From contig JADJJZ010000029.1 in NCBI GenBank assembly GCA_016706255.1, positions 78,444-142,443 of the forward strand: a stretch of DNA of 64,000 nt. Reading direction: 5' to 3'. The notes below the pieces were generated by a model, which saw only the letters and a list, made by a program, of their open reading frames with translations, was not told the origin of the DNA and searched no databases. Positions 19,249-28,299 of the stretch are shown piece by piece (position 1 is the stretch's first letter; every line of letters begins with the position of its first letter). Source of the DNA: Bacteroidota bacterium (GTDB lineage Bacteria; Bacteroidota; Bacteroidia; Chitinophagales; BACL12). The position numbers were made by a program, and so were the translations under genes.

Positions 19249-20472
19249 TTAATTGAATGTATAACTTAATGCAGCTCTGGCTCCAAAAACAAAGTTGCGT
19301 TTGGCATAGCCGTTAAAAGGTGCATTATGTGTAGAAACATCTGTAGAAATTGAACCTCTGGTGCCTAAAGTTAACATGAGATTATCCTGAACAAAAATGT
19401 CGTATTCTAAACCTAACACCACCGACAAATCATTTTCTTTAAACAATTCTTCATCGGTTTCTTCATAACGTTTATCCTGAGGTAATCTGGCTTCTCTTAA
19501 TTGACCATATTGAATACCGGCAGTATAATTTAAAATTACCGGAAGGTTGGTTACACTTGAAATTCGACCAACTTTAATTTTAGCTACGATAGGGATTAAA
19601 TCGTAAGAAAGTGATAATGATTTTTCCACTATTTCTTCATCTTCCGACATCACATAATTTTGACCTAATGTTGCATTGTAAATAAACTCACCTTCAATAC
19701 CGAATTTATTGCTGAAGTTATAACCGAATAATAATCCCTTAGAAGTTCCGAATTTAAGTGAGGGTTGAATAGGGCGTTCACCTTTAAATACATTTTCATA
19801 TTCGAGAAGTGAAGTTTGATTATAACTTCCTGAAATACCGAAATAAACCCCTTTCAACGTATAATCTTTATAAGCGGCTACAGCATCTAAATCAGCAAGC
19901 AAACCGGAAGGAGCATTACCAAAACCATCGGTGGATAAGCTGGTGTAGCCCATCATATCAATAGCATCATCTGTATTATAAATGCGTTCAAAAATGTCGC
20001 GGTTGGCAGCAAACAAAGCCGGATCAGTAACGTCCTGCGGGTAAAAAATAAAATCTGAAGCTGAATTATTTTCAGGAAGTGTCGCACTTGCAAACACATT
20101 TACCTTGTCTGTTTCAAATGGCGTATTGGTTGTATTAGTTTTTGGGGTAGAAATACTTGTTGAATTATCCTGACCATTAATCACGTTGTTAGCTAATGCA
20201 ACCGCATTTTCAACCACGGTGTTAGAATTATTGCCGGTAAAACCTGCTAATTGAGGCTGAATGGTATTTTTGGAGGTAGGAACACTAAATAACACTACGC
20301 TGATAAAAACCAATAACAAAGCTGCATAGCGCATAAAGTGTGCGTATGTGTGTGTCGTTTTGGTTTGATCTAATTCTTCTTCGATACGGTTCCAGATATC
20401 GGAAGAAGGTTTTAATTCGTAATGCTCAACAACACTTTTAAATAACTGGTCAATATTGTGCTTATTGTCCAC
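19249..20472 (-). CDS. Membrane-anchored protein with OMP-beta-barrel-like C-terminal domain (possible anti-sigma partner)
   Basis: 407 aa with a cytoplasmic N-terminus, one TM segment (YAALLLVFISVVLFSV), a low-complexity linker and a beta-rich C-terminus ending AALSYTFN. It overlaps the ECF sigma gene by 11 nt. Confidence 0.5.
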   Translation of the reverse strand: MDNKHNIDQLFKSVVEHYELKPSSDIWNRIEEELDQTKTTHTYAHFMRYAALLLVFISVVLFSVPTSKNTIQPQLAGFTGNNSNTVVENAVALANNVINGQDNSTSISTPKTNTTNTPFETDKVNVFASATLPENNSASDFIFYPQDVTDPALFAANRDIFERIYNTDDAIDMMGYTSLSTDGFGNAPSGLLADLDAVAAYKDYTLKGVYFGISGSYNQTSLLEYENVFKGERPIQPSLKFGTSKGLLFGYNFSNKFGIEGEFIYNATLGQNYVMSEDEEIVEKSLSLSYDLIPIVAKIKVGRISSVTNLPVILNYTAGIQYGQLREARLPQDKRYEETDEELFKENDLSVVLGLEYDIFVQDNLMLTLGTRGSISTDVSTHNAPFNGYAKRNFVFGARAALSYTFN

Positions 20473-21040
20473 TTGCTTTTCTTTTTAGACCGGTGCGCTG
20501 TTCTACCATTTCAATTAAAATGTATCTAGCACGAGCCAATTGACTCTTAGACGTTCCTTCACTGATGTTTAGTTGCTCGGCTATCTCTTTATGTGAAAAT
20601 CCTTCTATCGCATAAAGGCTGAAAACGGTCCGATAACCCGGAGATAAACTTGCTATCATTTGCAGCAAATCGTCTGCAGCAAGCTTTTCCAGCGCATTCT
20701 CATCAAAAAGTTCAACGTCATTATTGTCGACATCGACAATTGGATATAATAAATTTTTTCTTCTGTGTACCTCGATGGCGGTGTTCACCATGATTTTTCT
20801 CAACCAACCTTCAAAACTGCCTTCAAAGCGGAATCTTTCCAGGTTTTTAAAGGCTTTCACAAACCCTTCCTGCAAAATATCTTCTGCAATTTGGTAATCC
20901 GGAGCATAACGCAAACAAACACCAAACATTTTGGAGGCAAATCGCTCATATAAAAATTTCTGCGCAACCCGGTCACCTTTTACCGATTGTCGGATGAGTT
21001 GCTCATCGCTGAAAGTTGCTGCAGGGTTAATTCGTTTCAT
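20462..21040 (-). CDS. ECF-type RNA polymerase sigma-70 family factor
   Basis: 192 aa with region 2 (FLYERFASKMFGVCLRYAPDYQIAEDILQEGFVKAF) and the region 4 HTH (FSHKEIAEQLNISEGTSKSQLARARYIL). Confidence 0.85.
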   Translation of the reverse strand: MKRINPAATFSDEQLIRQSVKGDRVAQKFLYERFASKMFGVCLRYAPDYQIAEDILQEGFVKAFKNLERFRFEGSFEGWLRKIMVNTAIEVHRRKNLLYPIVDVDNNDVELFDENALEKLAADDLLQMIASLSPGYRTVFSLYAIEGFSHKEIAEQLNISEGTSKSQLARARYILIEMVEQRTGLKRKASGQ

Positions 21041-21096
21041 ATTTTGATTGATTAGAGGTATTGCAAACTATTTTGCGGTAAGTTAAAAAGTTAAAT

Positions 21097-21681
21097 TCAA
21101 ATCTCAAAATTGGCACCCAAAAACGCTGTCATTAAATTGAAGGCTTTTGCTCGGTGACTGTACAGTTTTTTATCCACGGCTTCCATCTCTCCAAATGTAG
21201 TGTTAACGCCATCCGGAACAAAAACAGGGTCGTACCCGAAACCTTTTGAGCCTATTGGTTTTTCGGCAATTTTGCCTGTCACAATTCCGGTAAATTGGTT
21301 TACTTTTCCATTTACAATCAGGGTAAACACTGTTTTGAAGCGGGCCGAACGGTCATCTGCACCGCGCATGTTGAGTAATAACAAGGCCATATTGGCATCC
21401 GCATCTCTGCTTCCGGAATAATGCGCTGTATCTACACCGGGTTCACCATTCAGGCAATTTACTTCCAGTCCGGTATCTTCAGCAAAACAATCGACACCGT
21501 ATTTCTCAAAAACATATTCTGCTTTCTGCCTTGAATTACCTTCAATGGTACCGGATGTTTCAGGTAATTCCTCAAAACAGCCGATATCACCTAAGCCTGA
21601 AATGACAAATCCCTCAGGAAGTAACAATTGAACCTCCTTAACCTTATTGGTATTGGCTGTGGCAAAAACGAGTGGCTTCAT
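21097..21681 (-). CDS. rdgB: Non-canonical purine NTP pyrophosphatase (RdgB/Ham1 family)
   Basis: 194 aa with LVFATANTNKVKEV, the AEDTGLEV region and GFGYDPVFVP. Confidence 0.85.
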   Translation of the reverse strand: MKPLVFATANTNKVKEVQLLLPEGFVISGLGDIGCFEELPETSGTIEGNSRQKAEYVFEKYGVDCFAEDTGLEVNCLNGEPGVDTAHYSGSRDADANMALLLLNMRGADDRSARFKTVFTLIVNGKVNQFTGIVTGKIAEKPIGSKGFGYDPVFVPDGVNTTFGEMEAVDKKLYSHRAKAFNLMTAFLGANFEI

Positions 21682-22208
21682 TTGAGATTAAACATGATTT
21701 GCAATTTCGCCCAAAGTATCTTTTTATGGTCGGCAGAAATACCTTCCATATTATGCGATATAAGTATATCTAAGTTATTGAATTTAAATTGTTTATAAAA
21801 ACTAAAATCAACCCACAAACCTATAGATTCCGGATCAACGCCAAGGCAAATTAATCGACTAACAGTTGCACTTGAGGTTAAATGATGAAATTTTAAACCC
21901 GGATAATCCGCAATATTTATCATGGCATATGATTCCGGAGTTAGTTGTAATGCCTGTGCCATTTTTTGCATTGCAGTAATTGTCGCTTCACTTACTGCTG
22001 TGCCATTTACAGGTTGATAAAGTAAAATTGTGGAAACATTATTTAGATTAATAACAGGTTTATCATTGGCATTATTTGCCGATATTGTTAGTTTTGCGAC
22101 ATCAGGCAGAAGAAATGCGGTTTCTTCGAGTATTGCGTCTGTAAAGTGAATTTTTTGTAACGACATTGTTGTTATAATAACGGTAAAATTATCAATCATT
22201 TCATTCAT
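21678..22208 (-). CDS. Hypothetical protein, translationally coupled to rdgB
   Basis: 176 aa. Its stop overlaps the rdgB start (ATGA at 21678-21681). No family recognised. Confidence 0.5.
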   Translation of the reverse strand: MNEMIDNFTVIITTMSLQKIHFTDAILEETAFLLPDVAKLTISANNANDKPVINLNNVSTILLYQPVNGTAVSEATITAMQKMAQALQLTPESYAMINIADYPGLKFHHLTSSATVSRLICLGVDPESIGLWVDFSFYKQFKFNNLDILISHNMEGISADHKKILWAKLQIMFNLK

Positions 22209-22228
22209 CTAAACAAGGTTTTCAACAA

Positions 22229-23308
22229 ATGAAAGTAGCAGTAAACCCTTCATACGAAATAGACATCCACGTTTCACCGGTTTCAACCATTGATACAGTG
22301 GATTTTGAAAACCTGCAGTTTGGTAAGGTTTTTACCGACCATATGTTTGAAGCAGATTATCTTGATGGAAAATGGACAAATTGCGCCATCAAACCATTAA
22401 CAAATCTGCAATTACATCCTGCAACATCAGCTTTACATTACGGACAGGCCATTTTTGAAGGAATGAAAGCCTTTAAAAATCAGGAAGGAAAAGCGCGTTT
22501 ATTCCGCCCGGATGCCAATTTACACCGTTTAAACGAATCTTGCCGCCGTATGGCAATACCTGAGGTGCCGGAAGAATTATTCATGAATGCGCTGTTTAAT
22601 CTCGTGCGTATTGAACAAAACTGGATTCCGGATACAGAAGATGGCTCGATGTATATCAGGCCGTTTATATTCGCTACTGACGATTTTGTAGGGATTAAAC
22701 CTTCAGATACCTTTAAATTAGTGATATTTTGTTGCCCAGTTGCCCGTTACTATCAAAAACCGGTTCGCGTTTACATGCAGGAAGAATATGTACGTGCTTT
22801 CCCTGGAGGAACCGGTGCAGTTAAAGCAGCAGGTAACTACGCAGCTACCATGATGCCTTTGCAACAAATTCGTCAAATGGGTTATGACCAGATGTTGTGG
22901 ATAGATGGCGTTACACACAATCGCTTGCAGGAAATTGGCACTATGAACGTATTTGTGCAAATTGATGATACGATAATTACCATCCCAACTGAAGAAGGTA
23001 CCATTTTAAAAGGAATCACCCGCGACTCATGCCTAGAACTGCTTAAAGCTGAAGGATATAAAGTTGAAATCCGCGATGTTACTATACAGGAATTGCTCGA
23101 TGCACATAAAACCGGTCGTTTACTCGACGCTTTCGGAACCGGCACTGCAGCAACTATTGCACCTATTGGTGTGATAGGTTATAAAGAGGTTGCTTATGAA
23201 TTGCCTCCAGTAGAAGGCAGAAAGGCTTCTAACTGGCTCAAACACGAAATGTGGAGCATCCGCAAAGGAATCAGCGAAGATCGTTTTGGATGGATGTGGG
23301 AGGTTTAA
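22229..23308 (+). CDS. ilvE: Branched-chain amino acid aminotransferase
   Basis: 359 aa, class IV aminotransferase, with the GTGAVKAAGNYA region and YIRPFIFATD. Confidence 0.85.
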   Translation: MKVAVNPSYEIDIHVSPVSTIDTVDFENLQFGKVFTDHMFEADYLDGKWTNCAIKPLTNLQLHPATSALHYGQAIFEGMKAFKNQEGKARLFRPDANLHRLNESCRRMAIPEVPEELFMNALFNLVRIEQNWIPDTEDGSMYIRPFIFATDDFVGIKPSDTFKLVIFCCPVARYYQKPVRVYMQEEYVRAFPGGTGAVKAAGNYAATMMPLQQIRQMGYDQMLWIDGVTHNRLQEIGTMNVFVQIDDTIITIPTEEGTILKGITRDSCLELLKAEGYKVEIRDVTIQELLDAHKTGRLLDAFGTGTAATIAPIGVIGYKEVAYELPPVEGRKASNWLKHEMWSIRKGISEDRFGWMWEV

Positions 23309-23314
23309 TTCCGA

Positions 23315-25324
23315 CTATTCTGTTCTGGTTATCATAAACTCAACCCTTTGATTGGCCTGACGGCCCGCTGCCGTATTATTATCCGCCACGGGTATTGTTT
23401 TACCTAATCCTTTAAACGACAAGCGATCTGCAGCTATACCTTTCTTTATAAGGTAATCAACAACTGCTTTAGCACGTTTTGCAGAAAGGCTATTGCAAAA
23501 ATCATCATCACATAAACCGTTTGTATGGCCTCTAATTTCGATGGCTACCCCGGGATTGTCGAGCATAAACTTTGCAACCTTATCTATCTCAGCAAAAGAG
23601 GTATCTTCCAAAACGCTGCTGTTCACCTTAAACAGGATATTTTTCATCTCAATAACAACACCTGCCTTTTTAGGAATAAGGCTGAAGTTTCTGATTACTT
23701 CATTGAAACTGCTTAATCCGGCAATGGTAATTACCGTATCACTCACATAATATCCGGTAGCGCTGATATGAATGGAGTAACTACCAAACTGTTGTAATAT
23801 AAGCGCATAACCATCTGAAATAGAAGAAGTTGTAAATCCTGAAAGAATGGTGTCGTTTTCTGTTTTAAGACTGATATTGGCATTTATCGGCAGGGAAGTG
23901 GTACGGTCATACACATTCCCTTTCAGCCACATTACATCTAATGGTTTTGCCTGCGGGGGAAGTTTAATTCTGAAAATATCAAGATTAGTTCCCGTTGTTT
24001 TGCTAGAACTGAAATAGGCATATTCTCCTTTGGCATCTATACTGTAGTAAACATCCCATTCAGGTGTATTTACCTCATTTCCAAGGTTTTGTGGTTCCGA
24101 CCAATTTTGCCAGGTATTGTCTAATCTTCTGCTTAAAAAAATGTCTTGATTACCATAGCCCGGGAAGCCATTTGATGAAAAATACAATGTTTTTCCATCG
24201 GCAGCCAAAAAAGGTGTCATTTCATTGCCTGCAGTGTTTAGTTGATTGCCTAAAGAAAGCGGTTCACTATAGCTGCCATCCGCCAGTAAAAAACTCACAT
24301 ACAAATCGAGTAACCCTTTCCCTGAAGGCGTTTCAAGCGACATGATTAATACAGCTCCATCGGGTGACAAACAAAATTCGTTATACTGATTCAGGTTGTT
24401 GAAATTTTTAATTTTTACGGGAGTTGGCATGCTCCAGCCTCCTGCACTTTTATGTGTTATAGATACACCGGGACCCGCGCTGCTGGCCGGTTGATATACA
24501 TTTCCTACTAATGCAGTATTACCATCCGGCGAAATGGAGCACATAAAATTGAAATTCTCGTTATTCAAGGGTGCACCGATGTTTTCGGCGGTGGTCCAAA
24601 CACCGTCGACATTTCGGCTTAACCAGATATCATCATTTTTTTGGGCGCCTATGTTTTGAGGATGTACTTTCCTGTCAAAATACAAAGCATTACCATCAGG
24701 TGTAATTATTGGATAAACTTCATCAAAAGGAGAATTAACGGCTGTTCCGAGCGATTCTGCTTTATTGTTAAGTGGGTCAGGGATAGTATTGACAGTGAGA
24801 TTTACGGTTCCGGTTTCGGTGGTAATGCCAATTGCATCGATCTGATATGTATTCATCATTTCGGGTTGGTCGAATATAACTTTAACTGACGAAACTGCTT
24901 CGGTATTATCTTTTAACCCAGCCACAAATAACCTTCCGGCGCCACCAACTGCCGGTGTTCCTCTTTGATAAATCATTTTTCCGGCTGTTTTTGTAGCGGT
25001 ATAAATCCAAATTTCTCTGATATGACCGGAATTATTATTTTCTACAATAATTATCTGGCGGGCAACAATAGGTTGAGAAAAACCAACCTGCAAGTATTCT
25101 GATTTTCTGGCTTCATTGTATTCAGGCGACCATGCGCAGGTGCTGAATGATGGGTTAGGATAACGATTAGGTTTACCTAAAACCTGAGTCGCAGCAAACG
25201 CTTTTGGGCTTTTTTCGGAAGAGAAGCTGATAACATGATCGGCCCATGAAATAGTTTGGCTCCAAACAAGTATGGGTAAAAATAAAAGGACCGGAATAAG
25301 CAGTAAATGTTTATTCCGGTTCAT
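23315..25324 (-). CDS. OmpA-family protein with PD40/TolB-like beta-propeller repeats (paralogue 2)
   Basis: The track ORF extends to 25480 and overlaps the upstream gene. ATG 25324 gives the signal peptide MNRNKHLLLIPVLLFLPILVWSQ. PD40-like repeats (SPFDEVYPIITPDGNALYFDR etc.) and a C-terminal OmpA domain (IEIRGHTNGLCDD...NQRVEF). Confidence 0.8.
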   Translation of the reverse strand: MNRNKHLLLIPVLLFLPILVWSQTISWADHVISFSSEKSPKAFAATQVLGKPNRYPNPSFSTCAWSPEYNEARKSEYLQVGFSQPIVARQIIIVENNNSGHIREIWIYTATKTAGKMIYQRGTPAVGGAGRLFVAGLKDNTEAVSSVKVIFDQPEMMNTYQIDAIGITTETGTVNLTVNTIPDPLNNKAESLGTAVNSPFDEVYPIITPDGNALYFDRKVHPQNIGAQKNDDIWLSRNVDGVWTTAENIGAPLNNENFNFMCSISPDGNTALVGNVYQPASSAGPGVSITHKSAGGWSMPTPVKIKNFNNLNQYNEFCLSPDGAVLIMSLETPSGKGLLDLYVSFLLADGSYSEPLSLGNQLNTAGNEMTPFLAADGKTLYFSSNGFPGYGNQDIFLSRRLDNTWQNWSEPQNLGNEVNTPEWDVYYSIDAKGEYAYFSSSKTTGTNLDIFRIKLPPQAKPLDVMWLKGNVYDRTTSLPINANISLKTENDTILSGFTTSSISDGYALILQQFGSYSIHISATGYYVSDTVITIAGLSSFNEVIRNFSLIPKKAGVVIEMKNILFKVNSSVLEDTSFAEIDKVAKFMLDNPGVAIEIRGHTNGLCDDDFCNSLSAKRAKAVVDYLIKKGIAADRLSFKGLGKTIPVADNNTAAGRQANQRVEFMITRTE

Positions 25325-25334
25325 TTTATAAATA

Positions 25335-27491
25335 TTATTTAAAAGTAATCTCCACACGCTGATTTCGTTTTCTTCCTTCAGGTGTGTTATTGCTGTCAAT
25401 TGGCTGGGTTGAGCCGTATCCGAATGTAGATATTCTGATGGCATCAATTCCTTTATTAATGAGGTATTCTCTGACTGCATTTGCTCTGTTTAAACTCAAT
25501 TTTTCGCAATATGATTCACTGCATAATCCGTTGGTATGTCCACCAATCTCAATAGTTGTACCAGGATTAGCTTTCAGGAATTCATATAAACGATTTAATT
25601 CTTCAAATGATTCAGGTTTGATGATAGATTTATTGGCATCAAAATATAAATTGTCGAGAATGATTTTTTCGCCTTTGCGCAATGGTGTTAAATGGAAATC
25701 TACACGTTTAACTTTTTGTGTTCTGAAATCTTCAATATTGATGGTGGTTTCCAATGGGAGATAGCCCTCACGAATAATGGAAACCCTGTAGTTCACACTA
25801 TCAGTTACTTTAATTCTATAGGTATTATTGAGGGTTGCAAGTTCTATTGGATCTGATTCATAATCGTTCAGTATAAAATTCATGTTTGCGTTAATCGGAA
25901 TGTTGGTAGTGGCATCGTAAATGGTTCCCCAAAGCAGGATTTCATTTGTGAGCACCACATTTAATTCTTCCTTGGTTGGCACATAAACTTCCTCTTCAAA
26001 CAACACAACATCGGGCTCCGTGACTACAACTACATTACCCATTGAATCAATTGTGGTTACAGGGTCCAACTTTGCTTCAAGTAAATCTGCAACAACTGAA
26101 TCTTCAATTTCTTTTATTTCCTTAAGTGGAATTCGGTATAAATCTGCGTTTAATAAATTATTTCCGGTTGAAGAGAAATAAGCGTAATCGGCTGTGTCAG
26201 GGATGGTAAAATAAGCATCAAACCCCTTTGAATTAACCATTGAACCAACATTTTCGGGCTTGGTCCAGTTTTGCCAGGTGCTGTCGAGGCGCACAGCTAC
26301 ATAAACATCCTGATCACCGTATCCCGGTAATCCGTTGGATGAAAAGAAAATGGTTTTGCCGTCTGAAGCAAGAAAAGGAGCCATTTCATTAGAAGCGGTA
26401 TTAATGTCTTTCCCCACATTAATCGGGTCGCTCCATTCAATTTGGTTGGTGCTAAAGCTTACATAAATATCCTTCATACCATATGAATCAGCACGTTCAA
26501 GTGCCAACAATAATACGGTGCGATCGGAGTTCATAAAGTATTCGGCATACAGGTTATGGGTCAAGACACCCGGCGTAATCAGGTTTTTAGGAAATACCCA
26601 ACTGCCGTAGCTACTTTTCCAGGTTTGGGCAATACCGATTCTGGATTCTTCAATAGGGTGGTAGGTATTAGCCAAGGTAAGCATTTCGCCCTCCAGTGAT
26701 ATACCAACAACGTAGTTATTTGCATCGTTGTTAATTGGCCCGCCTGCGTTAACAGCAGTTGACCAGTTTGTGCCATTAAAATTGGAAATCCAAACATCAT
26801 CATTCATGATGGTTCCGGTGTTTCCAACGTGGTTTTTACGAGTAAAATACAAGGTTTTGCCATCAGGAGTCACCAATGGAGCGATTTCACTACCAAATGA
26901 GTTAATTGCTTCACCCATGTTCTGACTTTTGCCTTTGAACACCACTTTATCCGTTGAAACTATTGCGCCGCTAGGGACTGTGGCAGGAGATTCAGCTATA
27001 CCAATGGCATCAATTTGATTAAATCCATCTATACTTTCTGTATCCAATACCAGTTTAAGGTCGTTTGTAGCAAAGTCTGTAGGGGTAATATTTAGCGATA
27101 AAACGCGGCCAAGCGTCCATTTGCCGTTTTCTTCGGTTCTTTCGTAAACCAAATGGGGAATATTATACTGGTCGAAGAGGTAAATTGCCTTAATTGCACC
27201 GGCATTAAAACTTTCATTTATTACGATCTGTGTGACATGGATCTTTTTTTCGAAGCCAACGCGGATATATTCCTCAAAATAGTTCTCGGAAAGTGCTGGA
27301 GACCAAGCGCAGCCGCAATCTCCGAAGTTTGGTAAGCGCGATGGTGGGCCAAGCACCTGTTTTGCACTGTATGAATTCAGGTCCAATTGTGACGAATAAG
27401 AAATCACTTTTGTAGCCCAAAAAATATCACCGGCCCGGGCAAAGCCGATAATGCCCAATAGGAATACAGGTAATAGTAGTATGCGTTTCAT
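25335..27491 (-). CDS. OmpA-family protein with PD40/TolB-like beta-propeller repeats (paralogue 1)
   Basis: The track start is GTG 27503. ATG 27491 gives MKRILLLPVFLLGIIGFARA. It has the same architecture as 23315-25324, and its OmpA domain is IEIGGHTNGLCSE...NQRVEI. Confidence 0.8.
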   Translation of the reverse strand: MKRILLLPVFLLGIIGFARAGDIFWATKVISYSSQLDLNSYSAKQVLGPPSRLPNFGDCGCAWSPALSENYFEEYIRVGFEKKIHVTQIVINESFNAGAIKAIYLFDQYNIPHLVYERTEENGKWTLGRVLSLNITPTDFATNDLKLVLDTESIDGFNQIDAIGIAESPATVPSGAIVSTDKVVFKGKSQNMGEAINSFGSEIAPLVTPDGKTLYFTRKNHVGNTGTIMNDDVWISNFNGTNWSTAVNAGGPINNDANNYVVGISLEGEMLTLANTYHPIEESRIGIAQTWKSSYGSWVFPKNLITPGVLTHNLYAEYFMNSDRTVLLLALERADSYGMKDIYVSFSTNQIEWSDPINVGKDINTASNEMAPFLASDGKTIFFSSNGLPGYGDQDVYVAVRLDSTWQNWTKPENVGSMVNSKGFDAYFTIPDTADYAYFSSTGNNLLNADLYRIPLKEIKEIEDSVVADLLEAKLDPVTTIDSMGNVVVVTEPDVVLFEEEVYVPTKEELNVVLTNEILLWGTIYDATTNIPINANMNFILNDYESDPIELATLNNTYRIKVTDSVNYRVSIIREGYLPLETTINIEDFRTQKVKRVDFHLTPLRKGEKIILDNLYFDANKSIIKPESFEELNRLYEFLKANPGTTIEIGGHTNGLCSESYCEKLSLNRANAVREYLINKGIDAIRISTFGYGSTQPIDSNNTPEGRKRNQRVEITFK

Positions 27492-27619
27492 ATTATTTCT
27501 CACAGATGTCGATTGGTAAAATTATGTTTTACAGTTGATGAAAAAAAATACATTTTTTGTGATTTTGTAACATACAAACGAAGGTATTTTATTTTTCTAT
27601 ACAGATATTTGAACAAAAT

Positions 27620-28249
27620 ATGACGAAAACTCAAAAAGTGCAGTTTGTTTTGGATACCCTCAACCGTTTGTATCCAAATCCCCCTATTCCGTTAAACCAC
27701 AAAGATGCATATACTTTATTGGTTGCTGTGGTTTTATCTGCTCAATGTACAGATGAAAGGGTAAATAAGGTTACTCCGGGGTTATTTGCCCTGGCCGACA
27801 ACCCTTATGATATGGTAAAACTGAGTCCGGAGCGGATTAAGTCGATTATTCAGCCCTGTGGGTTATCTCCAATGAAATCGAAGGGTATTTACGGGTTATC
27901 TGAAATAATCATTAATAAACATGGCGGCAAGGTGCCATCAACCTTTGAAGCTTTAGAAGCCTTACCGGCAGTAGGGCATAAAACAGCCAGTGTTGTTATG
28001 ACACAAGCATTTGGTGTTCCGGCATTTCCGGTAGATACCCATATTCATCGCCTTGCCTGGCGGTGGGGATTGAGTAATGGTAAATCGGTAGAGCAAACAG
28101 AAAGGGATCTTAAGCGCTTATTCCCCGAAAAATCATGGAATTTATTACATCTTCAAATTATATACTTCGGCCGAGCATATTGCCCAGCACGCGGCCACAT
28201 TAAAGAAAACTGCCCGATTTGCAGCGTTATCGGGAGAAAATCAATGTAA
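27620..28249 (+). CDS. nth: Endonuclease III family DNA glycosylase
   Basis: 209 aa with HhH-GPD (LPAVGHKTASVVM, VDTHIHRLA). The C-terminal Cys cluster is atypical: only C-x9-C-x2-C before the stop. Confidence 0.8.
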   Translation: MTKTQKVQFVLDTLNRLYPNPPIPLNHKDAYTLLVAVVLSAQCTDERVNKVTPGLFALADNPYDMVKLSPERIKSIIQPCGLSPMKSKGIYGLSEIIINKHGGKVPSTFEALEALPAVGHKTASVVMTQAFGVPAFPVDTHIHRLAWRWGLSNGKSVEQTERDLKRLFPEKSWNLLHLQIIYFGRAYCPARGHIKENCPICSVIGRKSM

Positions 28250-28256
28250 AAAAAAA

Positions 28257-28274
28257 GGAGCTCAAATGAGCTCC
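28257..28274. terminator. Bidirectional terminator between nth and giant gene A
   Basis: Stem-loop ggagctc-aaat-gagctcc, flanked by an A-run (28248-28256) and a T-run (28275-28280), between convergent stops at 28249 and 28300. Confidence 0.8.
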
Positions 28275-28299
28275 TTTTTTAATAGTATTCTATTGATGC

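Noticed and set aside
25325-25480. N-terminal extension of track ORF 23315-25480 (and similar extensions at 2765, 16754, 27503, 43755, 50074 and 51862)
   Set aside because: The extension overlaps the upstream gene, or starts at TTG or GTG. In each case an internal ATG gives a proper signal peptide or family N-terminus, so I used the shorter coordinates.
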